From Myxococcota bacterium (GTDB lineage: Bacteria; Myxococcota_A; Bradymonadia; UBA7976; UBA1532): DNA of 43,550 nucleotides. Shown one piece after another: positions 1 through 9,007 of the stretch. How positions within the stretch are numbered: the first letter of the stretch is position 1; the number at the start of each line of letters is the position of its first letter. Both the position numbers and the translations under genes were made by a program. The notes under the pieces are model-generated. The model had not been told where the DNA came from. It was given only the letters and a program-made list of their open reading frames with translations, and made no database searches. The DNA lies in the NCBI GenBank assembly GCA_036337435.1, contig JAYZEG010000051.1, forward strand, positions 1-43,550, in the 5' to 3' direction.

Positions 1-60
1 CTTGATCTACCTCTAAACACTGGTAAGGTGACTCGCTTTTATATTCCGGATAGGGACTCA

Positions 61-2586
61 ATGCTGACACGTACGAGATTGGGGCTTCGGCTAGCTACAG
101 CCGGATTGGCGGCGGCCGCTCTCGTTGGCATCATCGACACAGTCTCACTTGTGATAGCCGGTGTAAATCCTGTGAGTGCATTGATGGTGTCGGTGGCCTC
201 ATGGTCAACCGGTGTTGCGCTCGTACTCATTTTTGGCAGTCTGTTCGGACTCGTTCTGAGAACGACAAATGGACGCCGTTTACGGGACAATTGGGTTCAC
301 AACCCCGAAGGTATTTTGGCGGTGCTGGTGGTCAGCCTAGCAGCCTTGTGGATCGTTTCGCGCGGGGCTGAATTCACAGTCACTTTTGTATCCGACCGGG
401 TTAAAGACCAAGACTTAGTCGGTCCTGCTGTGTCAATAGCACTCCTTGGCTTTGGGGCTTTTGCTGCCGTCTTTGCCTATTTTTCCTATCCGATTTTCTG
501 TGCGCGACTGAGCCTCGGCTCTCAGAGTGGGAATCGTGGTCTGTGTCTGGTGGTCGCAGGTCTCGGCGCCATTTCACTCGTATATGGACCCGCGTCGGTC
601 CTCGCAAAGGATCTGCCCTGGACGCTTGGTATCCTAGGGCTGGTTTTTACTCTCAGTGTCATCAGCTTCGCCCTTTTTTTACCGGATCGAATCATGACAG
701 GGCGTGGTGTTCTCGTCGGCCTAGGTGTGGTTATAGGATGTCAAGTTGGCGCGGTCGTCGTGTATGGACAGAATCCCGGGTTGAGAGCCGCCACGGCTGA
801 TGCCCACAGTTTGGCGTACGCGCTTGTGGAGCGTATTCATTCGTTGACGGATGGAGACGGGGACGGATTTAGTCCCATATTGGCCGGAGGTGATTGTGAT
901 GACAGCAACCCCACCATCAACCCGTTCAGCCTCGACATACCGAATAATGGGATTGACGAAGATTGCCGTGACGGCGACCAAGTGGTTTCCGACGCCGTGA
1001 ACCGGCCTCCAGTCGAGCATCACGACTTGCCATCGACACTACAGAGAAAATGGAATGTTTTGTTTGTCACCATCGATGCCCTTCGGCCTGACCACCTCGA
1101 GCTGCACGGGTACGAACGGAAAACGGCCCCAAACCTTGCGGAGTTGGGTCAATCAGGGCTTGTTTTTGACCGAGCCTATGCACCCTCCAATGCCACACGT
1201 TTTACAATTCCGCCCATGTTCTCAGGCAGGCCGCTATCAGATATGCAGTTAGAGCGGCTGGGTGGATTTCTTGTGATCGCGCCAGGAAATCAGCTTATTT
1301 TTGAGCGTCTAAAGAAGGCGGGTTGGCGAACGTCGATGCATTTGCCCTATCAGTTGAAGCGGGGGAGGTGGTTTGGCATCGACGCGGGTGTTGATCGTTT
1401 CGTTGGATATAAGAATGCCAAACTGAAAAAGCATTCTGCCAAAGTCCTCGCAAAAGGGCTTATCCGTGACTTGACCGATGAGAAACGGAGTCAACCGTGG
1501 GCAGCTTGGGTTCACATTCTAGAGCCGCATGAGCCGTATTTGAAACATAAGAATTATAGCTTTGGGTCGAGTCGATTGGACCGATATGACGCGGAGATTC
1601 GCGCTGCTGACTCCTGGTTAGGACGGATTGTCAAAGCGCTGAAAAAGGCAGGCATGAGCCAGAATACCATTATTGTGGTCACATCTGACCATGGCGAAGA
1701 GTTTGGAGAACACGGACGTAATTACCACGGAAAGCAACTCTTCGAAGAAAGTATTCGTGTGCCGCTCGTCATTCACATTCCTGGCTCGAAGCAGGTTCGG
1801 GTCGAGTCGCCTGTCACCTTGCTCGATATTCCAGAGACCATAGCCAACCTGGTTGGACTCGCGCCCGGTCCAGATTTTGGTGGTGTCAGTCTCCTGGGTC
1901 CACTTGTGGGACAGACGGTCGACCAAGAAAGAATTATTTTTTCTGAATGCATTCGGGGAAGTGACAAAAAACGGCGTAGGCAGGTGGCAGCAATTAAAGG
2001 TGACCAAAAAGCCATTTACTTTCCGTCGAAGGGCCGAACTAAGCTTTTTGACCTGACGAAAGACCCCGAAGAAAAAGACGACCTGGCGCGGACTCTCCCT
2101 AAAGATTTTGCCCCTTTAGTCGAGTCTCTAAAATCGGAATACAGTCGGCAAAATCTACAGATCCTGCATCAATTGCGGTCCCGGCGGATCGGCCAAACCC
2201 CTCCAAAGGGCTTCACACAAGAGTTTGCGCAAATCGATGGTTTGGATTGGATCGGGGGTCGATTAGATACTCGGCGTTACAACGACCACAACATGCTACT
2301 GATAAGGAATTGGTTCAGAGGGAAGAGCAAGCCTGTCGACTATCAACTCAAGCTTGAGGTCGTTGACGGAAAAGGCAAGACACGGCGCACATGGGTCTAC
2401 CGACCCCTTGTAGGCAAGTATCCAACGACCAACCTAGTCAACGGTGAGATTCTCGAGGATGCGCGTTTGCTACGTTTTAGGAAGCTCAAGGGAGAACTCA
2501 GGATTCGGATGAGTGTTTTGAGTCAAGGGCAGGTGAAGGCTGGACCAAGAATCCTTGGTACGCTCAAGGCGGAAACCTACTATTGA
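61..2586 (+). CDS. Membrane-anchored sulfatase-like hydrolase/transferase (alkaline phosphatase superfamily)
   Basis: Several N-terminal hydrophobic helices and an Asp/Cys metal-binding motif (DGDGDG...DCDD...PNNGIDEDC). Catalytic-domain motifs NVLFVTIDALRPDH, WVHILEPHEPY, YDAEI, TSDHGEEFGEHG, RVPLVI and LFDLTKDPEE. ATG 61 is preceded by AGGGA; alternative start GTG 28. Confidence 0.85.
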   Translation: MLTRTRLGLRLATAGLAAAALVGIIDTVSLVIAGVNPVSALMVSVASWSTGVALVLIFGSLFGLVLRTTNGRRLRDNWVHNPEGILAVLVVSLAALWIVSRGAEFTVTFVSDRVKDQDLVGPAVSIALLGFGAFAAVFAYFSYPIFCARLSLGSQSGNRGLCLVVAGLGAISLVYGPASVLAKDLPWTLGILGLVFTLSVISFALFLPDRIMTGRGVLVGLGVVIGCQVGAVVVYGQNPGLRAATADAHSLAYALVERIHSLTDGDGDGFSPILAGGDCDDSNPTINPFSLDIPNNGIDEDCRDGDQVVSDAVNRPPVEHHDLPSTLQRKWNVLFVTIDALRPDHLELHGYERKTAPNLAELGQSGLVFDRAYAPSNATRFTIPPMFSGRPLSDMQLERLGGFLVIAPGNQLIFERLKKAGWRTSMHLPYQLKRGRWFGIDAGVDRFVGYKNAKLKKHSAKVLAKGLIRDLTDEKRSQPWAAWVHILEPHEPYLKHKNYSFGSSRLDRYDAEIRAADSWLGRIVKALKKAGMSQNTIIVVTSDHGEEFGEHGRNYHGKQLFEESIRVPLVIHIPGSKQVRVESPVTLLDIPETIANLVGLAPGPDFGGVSLLGPLVGQTVDQERIIFSECIRGSDKKRRRQVAAIKGDQKAIYFPSKGRTKLFDLTKDPEEKDDLARTLPKDFAPLVESLKSEYSRQNLQILHQLRSRRIGQTPPKGFTQEFAQIDGLDWIGGRLDTRRYNDHNMLLIRNWFRGKSKPVDYQLKLEVVDGKGKTRRTWVYRPLVGKYPTTNLVNGEILEDARLLRFRKLKGELRIRMSVLSQGQVKAGPRILGTLKAETYY

Positions 2587-2627
2587 TTAAAGCGAAGGCC
2601 GTCGCCCCCCAGCAGACGACCTTCGCT
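2586..2627 (-). terminator. Intrinsic terminator-like hairpin, best oriented on the minus strand (may act bidirectionally)
   Basis: 13-bp arms 2591-2603 and 2615-2627. On the minus strand the single mismatch is a U-G wobble and the stem is followed by UUAAU; on the plus strand it is a C-A mismatch with no U tract. Confidence 0.65.
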
Positions 2628-2669
2628 CTAGTATCCCCTTGGTTACTCCCAATCTCCCCACTGGCATTA
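2586..2669 (-). ncRNA. Candidate ~83-nt small RNA with three GGGA motifs
   Basis: Lies between a near-consensus sigma70 promoter (2675-2703, minus) and a minus-strand terminator hairpin. The body contains GGGGAG, GGGAG and GGGGAU. Confidence 0.5.
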
Positions 2670-2674
2670 CAGTG

Positions 2675-2703
2675 ATAATATAAAAAAGCGTCATTTGTGT
2701 AAA
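2675..2703 (-). promoter_or_regulatory. Sigma70-type promoter TTTACA-N17-TATTAT
   Basis: Plus strand has TGTAAA at 2698-2703 and ATAATA at 2675-2680 with exactly 17 nt between; each hexamer is 5/6 to consensus. Confidence 0.6.
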
Positions 2704-2937
2704 GGGGTCGGTGTAGTTTTTTTCACCTTTTAGGTCGGGCCAACGTGATCCGTGGATGCCAAACCTGATGTAGAGAAGGCCCTACGCTGTAAAATAGCGT
2801 GTCAGATAAATCGTTTTCAGGAATACTCCATATGGCGTGGCCGTTTGTCAGCAGTACTCAGCTATCGAGCGTCCGCTAATAAAATTCGTAAACCTGCCGC
2901 TTTGAAGGACGCCAAACACTCTTCATAGTGCAACGTT

Positions 2938-2946
2938 TGATACAAT
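2938..2946 (+). promoter_or_regulatory. Putative extended -10 promoter (TGnTACAAT) for the ybjQ-like operon
   Basis: TGATACAAT 35 nt upstream of ATG 2982; RBS GAGGAG at 2971-2976. Confidence 0.4.
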
Positions 2947-2981
2947 CGGCGAAATTATCCAGTGAAGGATGAGGAGCTTAC

Positions 2982-3296
2982 ATGATTCTCACAAATATAG
3001 AGTCTGTCACCGGACGGGTTATCGTGGAGCACTATGGGCTCGTTCAAGGCAGCACCATTCGGGCAAAGCATATCGGTCGAGATTTCATGGCGGGGCTGAA
3101 GAACTTAGTTGGAGGTGAACTGCGCGGCTACACTGAACTCTTAATCGAGTCTCGCGAACAAGCACTGACCCGAATGTCTGCGCAAGCACAAGAACTGGGT
3201 GCGAATGCCATTGTGAATGTCCGCATTGCGACATCATCCGTGACAGCAGGTGCCTCGGAAATTCTCTGTTATGGCACGGCGGTTAGAGTCGAGTAG
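2982..3296 (+). CDS. YbjQ/UPF0145 family protein
   Basis: 104 aa with family pattern GLVQGSTIRAKHIGRDFMAGLKNLVGGELRGYTELL..SREQALTRM..AQELGANAIVNVR..YGTAV; strong RBS. Confidence 0.93.
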   Translation: MILTNIESVTGRVIVEHYGLVQGSTIRAKHIGRDFMAGLKNLVGGELRGYTELLIESREQALTRMSAQAQELGANAIVNVRIATSSVTAGASEILCYGTAVRVE

Positions 3297-3306
3297 GGCG
3301 TGCTGC

Positions 3307-3813
3307 ATGGTTGAGTTAATTGTCTTTTTTGGATTACTTGTGATCGGTTACGTCAGCGGGCAGCGGCGTGAGACAGCACATTACAAGCGGATCCATGAGG
3401 AAGAAGCGTTCTTCGCCGATAAACCGGCTGTCAGTGCCAAGTTTAGTTCTGAGTTAGACAACCGCGACATTCTAGATGCCCAATTAGCTGTGGGCTCTGT
3501 GGTTGTGTCCGTGGACTATTTTAAGCGTTTCATCGCTGGAATTCGAATGTTGGTCGGTGGAGAAATGAAGGCTTATGCGTCACTCATTGATAGGGCGCGG
3601 CGCGAAGCTATCATTCGAATGAAGGAATCTAATCCCAACGCAGATATCTATCTGAATCTACGTCTTATGACATCCAGTATTAGTTCCGGCAATGCCAACA
3701 ATTCCCTCGGCACGGTGGAAGTTGTGGCATTCGCTACAGCGGTTCGCTTCGCACCTGAACACGATGGAGATGACGACTTGTACTCGGGCGAAGAACCACC
3801 TCTATCCTCATGA
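3307..3813 (+). CDS. YbjQ-like protein with N-terminal membrane anchor
   Basis: ATG 3307 (MVELIVFFGLLVIG) avoids the overlap of the 3250 call; motif VVVSVDYFKRF.AG.R.LVGGEMKAYASLIDRARREAI.RMKE. Confidence 0.85.
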   Translation: MVELIVFFGLLVIGYVSGQRRETAHYKRIHEEEAFFADKPAVSAKFSSELDNRDILDAQLAVGSVVVSVDYFKRFIAGIRMLVGGEMKAYASLIDRARREAIIRMKESNPNADIYLNLRLMTSSISSGNANNSLGTVEVVAFATAVRFAPEHDGDDDLYSGEEPPLSS

Positions 3814-4574
3814 AATTCGTTCGACGAGATCTCGCAAAAACAGCTGATATTTCCGGACCCAGGCTCAGCATCGCTGACGTATCCAAGGTCGTGGCAATCG
3901 TAGTCGTCGGTATCTGGATCATCTACCTCGGTTTGGGGTTTGGTGTTCAGGTCGTTGTTGAACGGATCTCGCCTCAAACAGAGCAAGACTGGTTTGGGTT
4001 TATCTCGGAAAAACTCCTTCCAGATGCGGTGGAGAATGAACGAGCCATTTCAATTTTTGAAAAACTAACAGCAAATGAGCGGGTTGCGGCCTATGGACAT
4101 CATCTTCAGATATTGCCCATGGACCAGCCCAATGCAGCCGCGCTCCCGGGGGGCACTATCGGACTGTCGCCAGCCCTGATGGACGTTGTCAAAAGCGAGA
4201 TTGGGCTGGCCATGGTCATCGCTCATGAATTAGGTCACGTCTATCATCGACACAGTTTGAAGAGGCTGGGCCGCTCTTTGATTTGGATAGGGATACGGGC
4301 GGCATTAGGTGAGCTTTCTTTCGGACCTGCTCTTACCTACGATTTATTTGATGCAAGCCATTCACGAGACCAAGAAAGAGACGCTGACGAGTTTGGTTTG
4401 AGGCTTGTCTACGATGTCTACGGTACGACCGCTGGGGCGACAGAGTTCTTTGAATGGGCCGAGGAAAAGCATGGCTCCGATGGAGGCCTGTCGCAATTTC
4501 TGGCAACGCATCCGCGGACAAGCGAGCGGATCGACACCATCAAACGACTGGCTCAGGAGTTGGAGGCCCGATGA
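3810..4574 (+). CDS. M48 family zinc metallopeptidase
   Basis: PNAAALPGG, HELGH (HExxH), SRDQERDAD and FLATHP...RI motifs; one N-terminal TM helix; ATGA overlap with the upstream gene. Confidence 0.92.
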   Translation: MKFVRRDLAKTADISGPRLSIADVSKVVAIVVVGIWIIYLGLGFGVQVVVERISPQTEQDWFGFISEKLLPDAVENERAISIFEKLTANERVAAYGHHLQILPMDQPNAAALPGGTIGLSPALMDVVKSEIGLAMVIAHELGHVYHRHSLKRLGRSLIWIGIRAALGELSFGPALTYDLFDASHSRDQERDADEFGLRLVYDVYGTTAGATEFFEWAEEKHGSDGGLSQFLATHPRTSERIDTIKRLAQELEAR

Positions 4575-4580
4575 ATTGCG

Positions 4581-5588
4581 TTAATCTTCGGAGCCGAGGA
4601 GCCCGTTGAGCGTCGATTTGGCCTTTTGAAGACCGAGCCGAGATGCGGCGCTGGCCTTTTGATGGGCCGCTTTCACTTTGTCTACGCCCGATTGGGTGAC
4701 CTGTTTACCTCGGTCAATGGCCTCTTTGGCGAACTCGCTTGTGACATCGGCACCGGCATCCACGGTCGCAGCCGCGCTCTTCGCCAAGTCTCTCACAGTC
4801 GAGAGAGCATCAGCTGCAGCTTTTTCGCCATCTTGAATGGCACGAGACGCGACGGCTTTCCCTCCATCTGCCGCATTGGCCGCCAAAGTTCGGACGCCAT
4901 CTAGGGTATCAGCCGTGAGCTTTTCACCGCTTTCAAATGCTTTATGGGCCAGATCAAACCCCGTATTCGCAACATTTTCTGCGACGACTCCTGCTTTGTA
5001 GCTGATGGCCTCTCCATGTTTCTGCAAGGCGTCAAAGCCAGGCAGGTGTTCTGCAAGTCGGTCATATTGTTTTTTGATCGCCATCAAAACTGTGCCAAAT
5101 GTTTTCGCGATGGGCGCGGGTGTCTTCAATCCCGTGATATCTTCGTAAAAACTTAAGACGGCATCTCCGTCCCATAGCAGCTGGTCAAATTCGGGCCAGA
5201 TTGAATCAAGCATCTCCTTTAGAGATTCATCCGTCATATCCAACGCGTTCATCGCGTCTCGATGTTCGGCCACCGCGAGTATGAATCGACTGAGGCCGTA
5301 GACGTGAATCACACTCATCGTCGACCCGGCATAAGGAATGGAAGAGGCGGATTTGAGCACGAACCGTTTTCGAACAAAGTAGCGAACAATGTCATCGCGG
5401 AATTGCTCTGCAACAGTGGGTGAGATGCGTTCGAAACCAAACTTTGTGATGTCGTATTCGGCTTTTAACTGAACGACCGCTGTCGCCCCGGGCAGGGGCG
5501 TCCAAGAGGAGGCGAACATCAGCCCGATGTACCGGGCTGTTAGTTTATCAAAATCCGCACGCGTTTCGTCTTGTGGACCCTTTATCAA
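4581..5588 (-). CDS. Hypothetical protein with Ala/Lys-rich amphipathic helical C-terminal repeats
   Basis: 335-aa ORF with a TTG start preceded by GAGGTG. The C-terminal half is repetitive (GEKLTADTLDGVRTLA / GEKAAADALSTVRDLA). Confidence 0.7.
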   Translation of the reverse strand: MIKGPQDETRADFDKLTARYIGLMFASSWTPLPGATAVVQLKAEYDITKFGFERISPTVAEQFRDDIVRYFVRKRFVLKSASSIPYAGSTMSVIHVYGLSRFILAVAEHRDAMNALDMTDESLKEMLDSIWPEFDQLLWDGDAVLSFYEDITGLKTPAPIAKTFGTVLMAIKKQYDRLAEHLPGFDALQKHGEAISYKAGVVAENVANTGFDLAHKAFESGEKLTADTLDGVRTLAANAADGGKAVASRAIQDGEKAAADALSTVRDLAKSAAATVDAGADVTSEFAKEAIDRGKQVTQSGVDKVKAAHQKASAASRLGLQKAKSTLNGLLGSED

Positions 5589-5639
5589 TCGTCACCTCAC
5601 CCATTCCAAGGCCGCCATGAGTCTGTTAACAGCATATCC

Positions 5640-6749
5640 TCATGGGCATGGAAAAAGCGAGTTTAGGATGTTGATGGTCTCTTCATGGTCTACATTTTCA
5701 CCGTCGCTTGCCCAAAGCGCGGCTAACGCATCAGCACTGTCTTCCGAATCGGCTCGTGCAGCGCGGTCCAAAACAGGACCTAGAGTCTTCAAAAAAGCCC
5801 AGGCTGCCGCCTTAGCATCTCCTTCGGTGGCCGCGTAGGTGTTCAGTCGATCGATGAGTAGAATCGCCAACACCCGATTCAAAGCCCGGTCCAATTGCCC
5901 AAGGACCCTCTGATGGAGCTCGACGTCCATTGATGTCTCTGCACTATCCAAGTCTCTCCAGCACCGAACACCCAAGATTGCATTGAACATAGACGCATGC
6001 GTTGCTGGTTCTATGGCCTTTACATAGGCTGCCAAACCCGTGGCCAGCGACGCATTTTCACCTGCACCGTAGTAAGCCCAAGCCGAATCGCAATCTTTTG
6101 GTTTGTCTTTGCAACTGTACGCTTCTTTATAGGTGCTGACATGCATAAACCACAGAAGTCCAGCTTCAACTCGGGCCGCATTTTGAAGCGGTTCACGTCC
6201 CTCTGACCCATGCCCAAATGCCTGAGCCAGGATCGGATTGATTTGACCTGGTCCTACGCAGTATTCAGGGTGATCCCTACCGTGGGTTTCTCCACGGCAG
6301 TCAATGCCTTCAGCGGGTCGTTCCAAACGCGCATCGTAGCGGCGCGAGACTCGACTATCCAGGCCCTGGTCGATGCTGTATTCGATGCGAGCGTCTAAGA
6401 ATGCCTGCGCAGACGGTGCGTCAACGTCTCTCCAGAGCAAATCAGCAATGGTCTCGAAGGACGCGATGCGAGCGATCGACGAGGGTGCCGAATCTCCGGC
6501 GAGTTGGTATAGTCCGTCATCGCTGATACAGGCGTCCCAACCATCATCCTCGCGCGCACCCACGTAGTCCGTAGCGGCGGCTTCGCATGCCGTACCTCCG
6601 GCACCGCCTTCTGCACCAGCACCGCCGGCACCGCCTTCTGCACCAGCACCGCCGGCACCAGCACCACCAGAATTTGTTGGATCGCTGTTTTCACATCCAA
6701 AAAAAAGAGCTGCGAAGCAGGCGGCCATGATCAATTTTGACGAGCGCAT
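5640..6749 (-). CDS. Lipoprotein with Gly-rich tether, encoded downstream of the TonB-dependent receptor; possible metal/iron-binding partner
   Basis: ATG 6749 with GAGGA RBS, lipobox LFFG-C, a GGAGAE repeat linker and a helical domain with motif DSAWAYYG. Confidence 0.75.
   Translation of the reverse strand: MRSSKLIMAACFAALFFGCENSDPTNSGGAGAGGAGAEGGAGGAGAEGGAGGTACEAAATDYVGAREDDGWDACISDDGLYQLAGDSAPSSIARIASFETIADLLWRDVDAPSAQAFLDARIEYSIDQGLDSRVSRRYDARLERPAEGIDCRGETHGRDHPEYCVGPGQINPILAQAFGHGSEGREPLQNAARVEAGLLWFMHVSTYKEAYSCKDKPKDCDSAWAYYGAGENASLATGLAAYVKAIEPATHASMFNAILGVRCWRDLDSAETSMDVELHQRVLGQLDRALNRVLAILLIDRLNTYAATEGDAKAAAWAFLKTLGPVLDRAARADSEDSADALAALWASDGENVDHEETINILNSLFPCP
6601..6654. repeat. 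27-nt perfect tandem duplication encoding a Gly/Ala linker
   Basis: gcaccgccttctgcaccagcaccgccg at 6601-6627 and 6628-6654. Confidence 0.85.
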
Positions 6750-6768
6750 CGTTCTATCCTCTCTACAC

Positions 6769-8955
6769 TTACAGGTGGTAGCGGAGTGTGCCACCGAATG
6801 ATCGACCAGACGCATAAACGCCGGACCCGTGTGTCCGATAGCGTTGGTCAGATAAATTTTGCAATAAAAAGTTTAGTCTAAGTTGATTCGGCAAGCGAAG
6901 CCCAAACCGGAGGTCTTGCACGACGAAACCTGGAGTCCCGCCCAGTGGAATGCGGGCGTCGGCAACATCGCCGACGGACAAACGCGTTTGTTCTCGCGAC
7001 CAACGCATTGAGTAGCCGATATAGGCTCCTGTTGACCAGTACCAGGTCAGCTCAGCGTTTCCGTTTAGTGGCGGAATGCGCGAAAGCGGAATACGCTCGC
7101 TTGACCCATTGGGATGGGCACCTTCACCATGGGCATAAGAAACGGTTGTGCTTGCAACCAGGTGTCTTTGCCAGCGGCTTGAGAGACGCGCTTCACCACC
7201 ATAGATTATCGCGTCACCGGATAAGTTTGTGAGCTGTAAAGGGGCTCGATTCGCTTGACACGCCTGATCAACATAGCCTCCTGCCAACTCGCATTCGGAC
7301 AAGGTCAACAGACGTCGCTCGATGGCGTCGGTGAGCTGTTGACGAAAGGCGAGTGCTTCAATCTTAGTCTCTCCCAAATTGATTTCGAAACCACCTTCTA
7401 GCGTCCATGCCCGTTCAGGTTTCAAGTTTGGATTGTCTAACTGATAGCCCTGTCCCGTAGACTGTCGAGCAACCAAATCATCGAGGTTTGGAACTCGAAA
7501 ACCTTGTTCGACATTGGCGATGAGAACGATTGTCTCACCCCACCTAAGCCCAGCGTTGGCGACCAGTGGAGTATGGCTTTGGTCAAAGGCAAGAGAGCCT
7601 GTTGATTCATCACCAGGCGACCTGGATTTCACATAGGCAGCCCGAATGCCGGTTCGCAGCTTGAGTGAGTGCCATTGCACGCTTGGCGATAGGTAGCTGC
7701 CGGCTTGGAAGTACCTGCTGTCGGCGACATACTGTCCTCTGCTCAGGATCCGTGTGACCGGGGGCTGCGCAAATTGAATCCATTTCAGGCTGTCGACCCA
7801 CTCATAGGAGCCGTCTAGGCCGTATCGGACCTGGAGCTTTAATTCATCGGTGAGTTCCAGTTTCGCTGTTTTGAAGCGCGCGTATGCGCTTACGCCGTCA
7901 ATGCTGTCCCGTCCACCATTAACATTGGTCGTATCAAACCCGTCTGATGTGTTCCGGTCGGGTCGTACCAGCGAATAACGCTGATGTTGTCGTTGATAAC
8001 TGAGAGCAGCAGACAGCGAGGTCATTGCGTCTGAAGCGAAGTCACTGTCTAATTTTTGATAGAGATGCGTTCGGAATTGCTCTTCGAAAACAAGGCACTC
8101 GCCGACCGCAGCCTCAGGAGCGGGGCATTGGTCGGTTCTGGGCGCATCGAATTGCCTGTAGATGTACGCCGCTGTCGTGAGTCGGTTCTGCCCATCATCG
8201 TAGACCAATCTGGCATCGGCGGTGAGTTCATCGAATCCCGTCCCGATTTGGGTCCGACCATCGGATTCGAAGCAGGGGACACTGAGACTGTCCTCGCAGA
8301 CCTGACCCTCAGCACGGCCCTTGGGAAACGCGTGACCACCGGCTTCGAGTTGACCGACGACGCGGCCACCCACACCAGCAACTAAGGCAAACTTCGAACC
8401 ATATTGTGCATCTATTTGAAGACGTCCACCGTACTGATCGTCTGCGGTGCTATAGGTGAACATGGTCTGCCCGTCGTGGTAGATGCCTGTGCGCGTGGGA
8501 TCTAATTTGGGTTCGATGGGTTTGATGAGGATGGCACCGGAAATGGCATCATTACCTAAATCGACGCTGGCGCTGCCACGGACGACGCTGAGTTGGCTCA
8601 CTGTGTTTGAATCCACGGTAAATAGATATTGGTTAGGCCCTTTTCGGAACAAGGCATGATTAAGTCTAAGTCCGTCGAAGAGAAAGAGGGTCTGTTGGCC
8701 AGTCCGGCCGCGAATATAGGGGGACCCTTGGCCGTGCCCTGTCTGTTGAACGTAAACACCCGGTGTAAATTTGAGCGCATCTGGCGTCGAGCTTACTTGG
8801 CGTTCGTCAAGCTGGCGCCTGTTCGTGGTGGCGGTTGTTCGCTCGTCGGGTAACTCCGGATTTGGATTCTGTCCGCGGATCTCCATCGTACCATCAGGAG
8901 ACCCCAGGCTTGCCCATGGCCAGCAGATAATGATGATGGTGATAATCAGCCTCAT
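6769..8955 (-). CDS. TonB-dependent receptor
   Basis: Signal peptide; plug motifs PGVYVQQTGHGQGSPYIRG, LFDGLRLN and VVRGSASV..G.DAISGAI; barrel motifs GFRVPN, NPNLKPE and NLSDQRYRTHGSG...GRSF; C-terminal beta-strand LRYHL. Confidence 0.95.
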   Translation of the reverse strand: MRLIITIIIICWPWASLGSPDGTMEIRGQNPNPELPDERTTATTNRRQLDERQVSSTPDALKFTPGVYVQQTGHGQGSPYIRGRTGQQTLFLFDGLRLNHALFRKGPNQYLFTVDSNTVSQLSVVRGSASVDLGNDAISGAILIKPIEPKLDPTRTGIYHDGQTMFTYSTADDQYGGRLQIDAQYGSKFALVAGVGGRVVGQLEAGGHAFPKGRAEGQVCEDSLSVPCFESDGRTQIGTGFDELTADARLVYDDGQNRLTTAAYIYRQFDAPRTDQCPAPEAAVGECLVFEEQFRTHLYQKLDSDFASDAMTSLSAALSYQRQHQRYSLVRPDRNTSDGFDTTNVNGGRDSIDGVSAYARFKTAKLELTDELKLQVRYGLDGSYEWVDSLKWIQFAQPPVTRILSRGQYVADSRYFQAGSYLSPSVQWHSLKLRTGIRAAYVKSRSPGDESTGSLAFDQSHTPLVANAGLRWGETIVLIANVEQGFRVPNLDDLVARQSTGQGYQLDNPNLKPERAWTLEGGFEINLGETKIEALAFRQQLTDAIERRLLTLSECELAGGYVDQACQANRAPLQLTNLSGDAIIYGGEARLSSRWQRHLVASTTVSYAHGEGAHPNGSSERIPLSRIPPLNGNAELTWYWSTGAYIGYSMRWSREQTRLSVGDVADARIPLGGTPGFVVQDLRFGLRLPNQLRLNFLLQNLSDQRYRTHGSGVYASGRSFGGTLRYHL

Positions 8956-9007
8956 GAGAAGAAGCTTATGCGAAGTCTCAGTCCTGTGAACTAGGGGAAA
9001 TTACCCA

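Noticed and set aside
5590..5642. C-P-TGA at the end of the 5640 lipoprotein as a CxU selenoprotein tail
   Set aside because: No convincing SECIS-like hairpin at the spacing seen for selD, and readthrough adds only 15 featureless residues overlapping the next gene's RBS.
6699..6706. Homopolymers/SSRs as phase-variation tracts (A8 here, G7 at 28142-28148, T8 at 40931-40938, (TTTGTC)4 at 18035-18058)
   Set aside because: The tracts are short, all frames are intact, and the hexamer repeat preserves frame; no evidence of variation from a single sequence.
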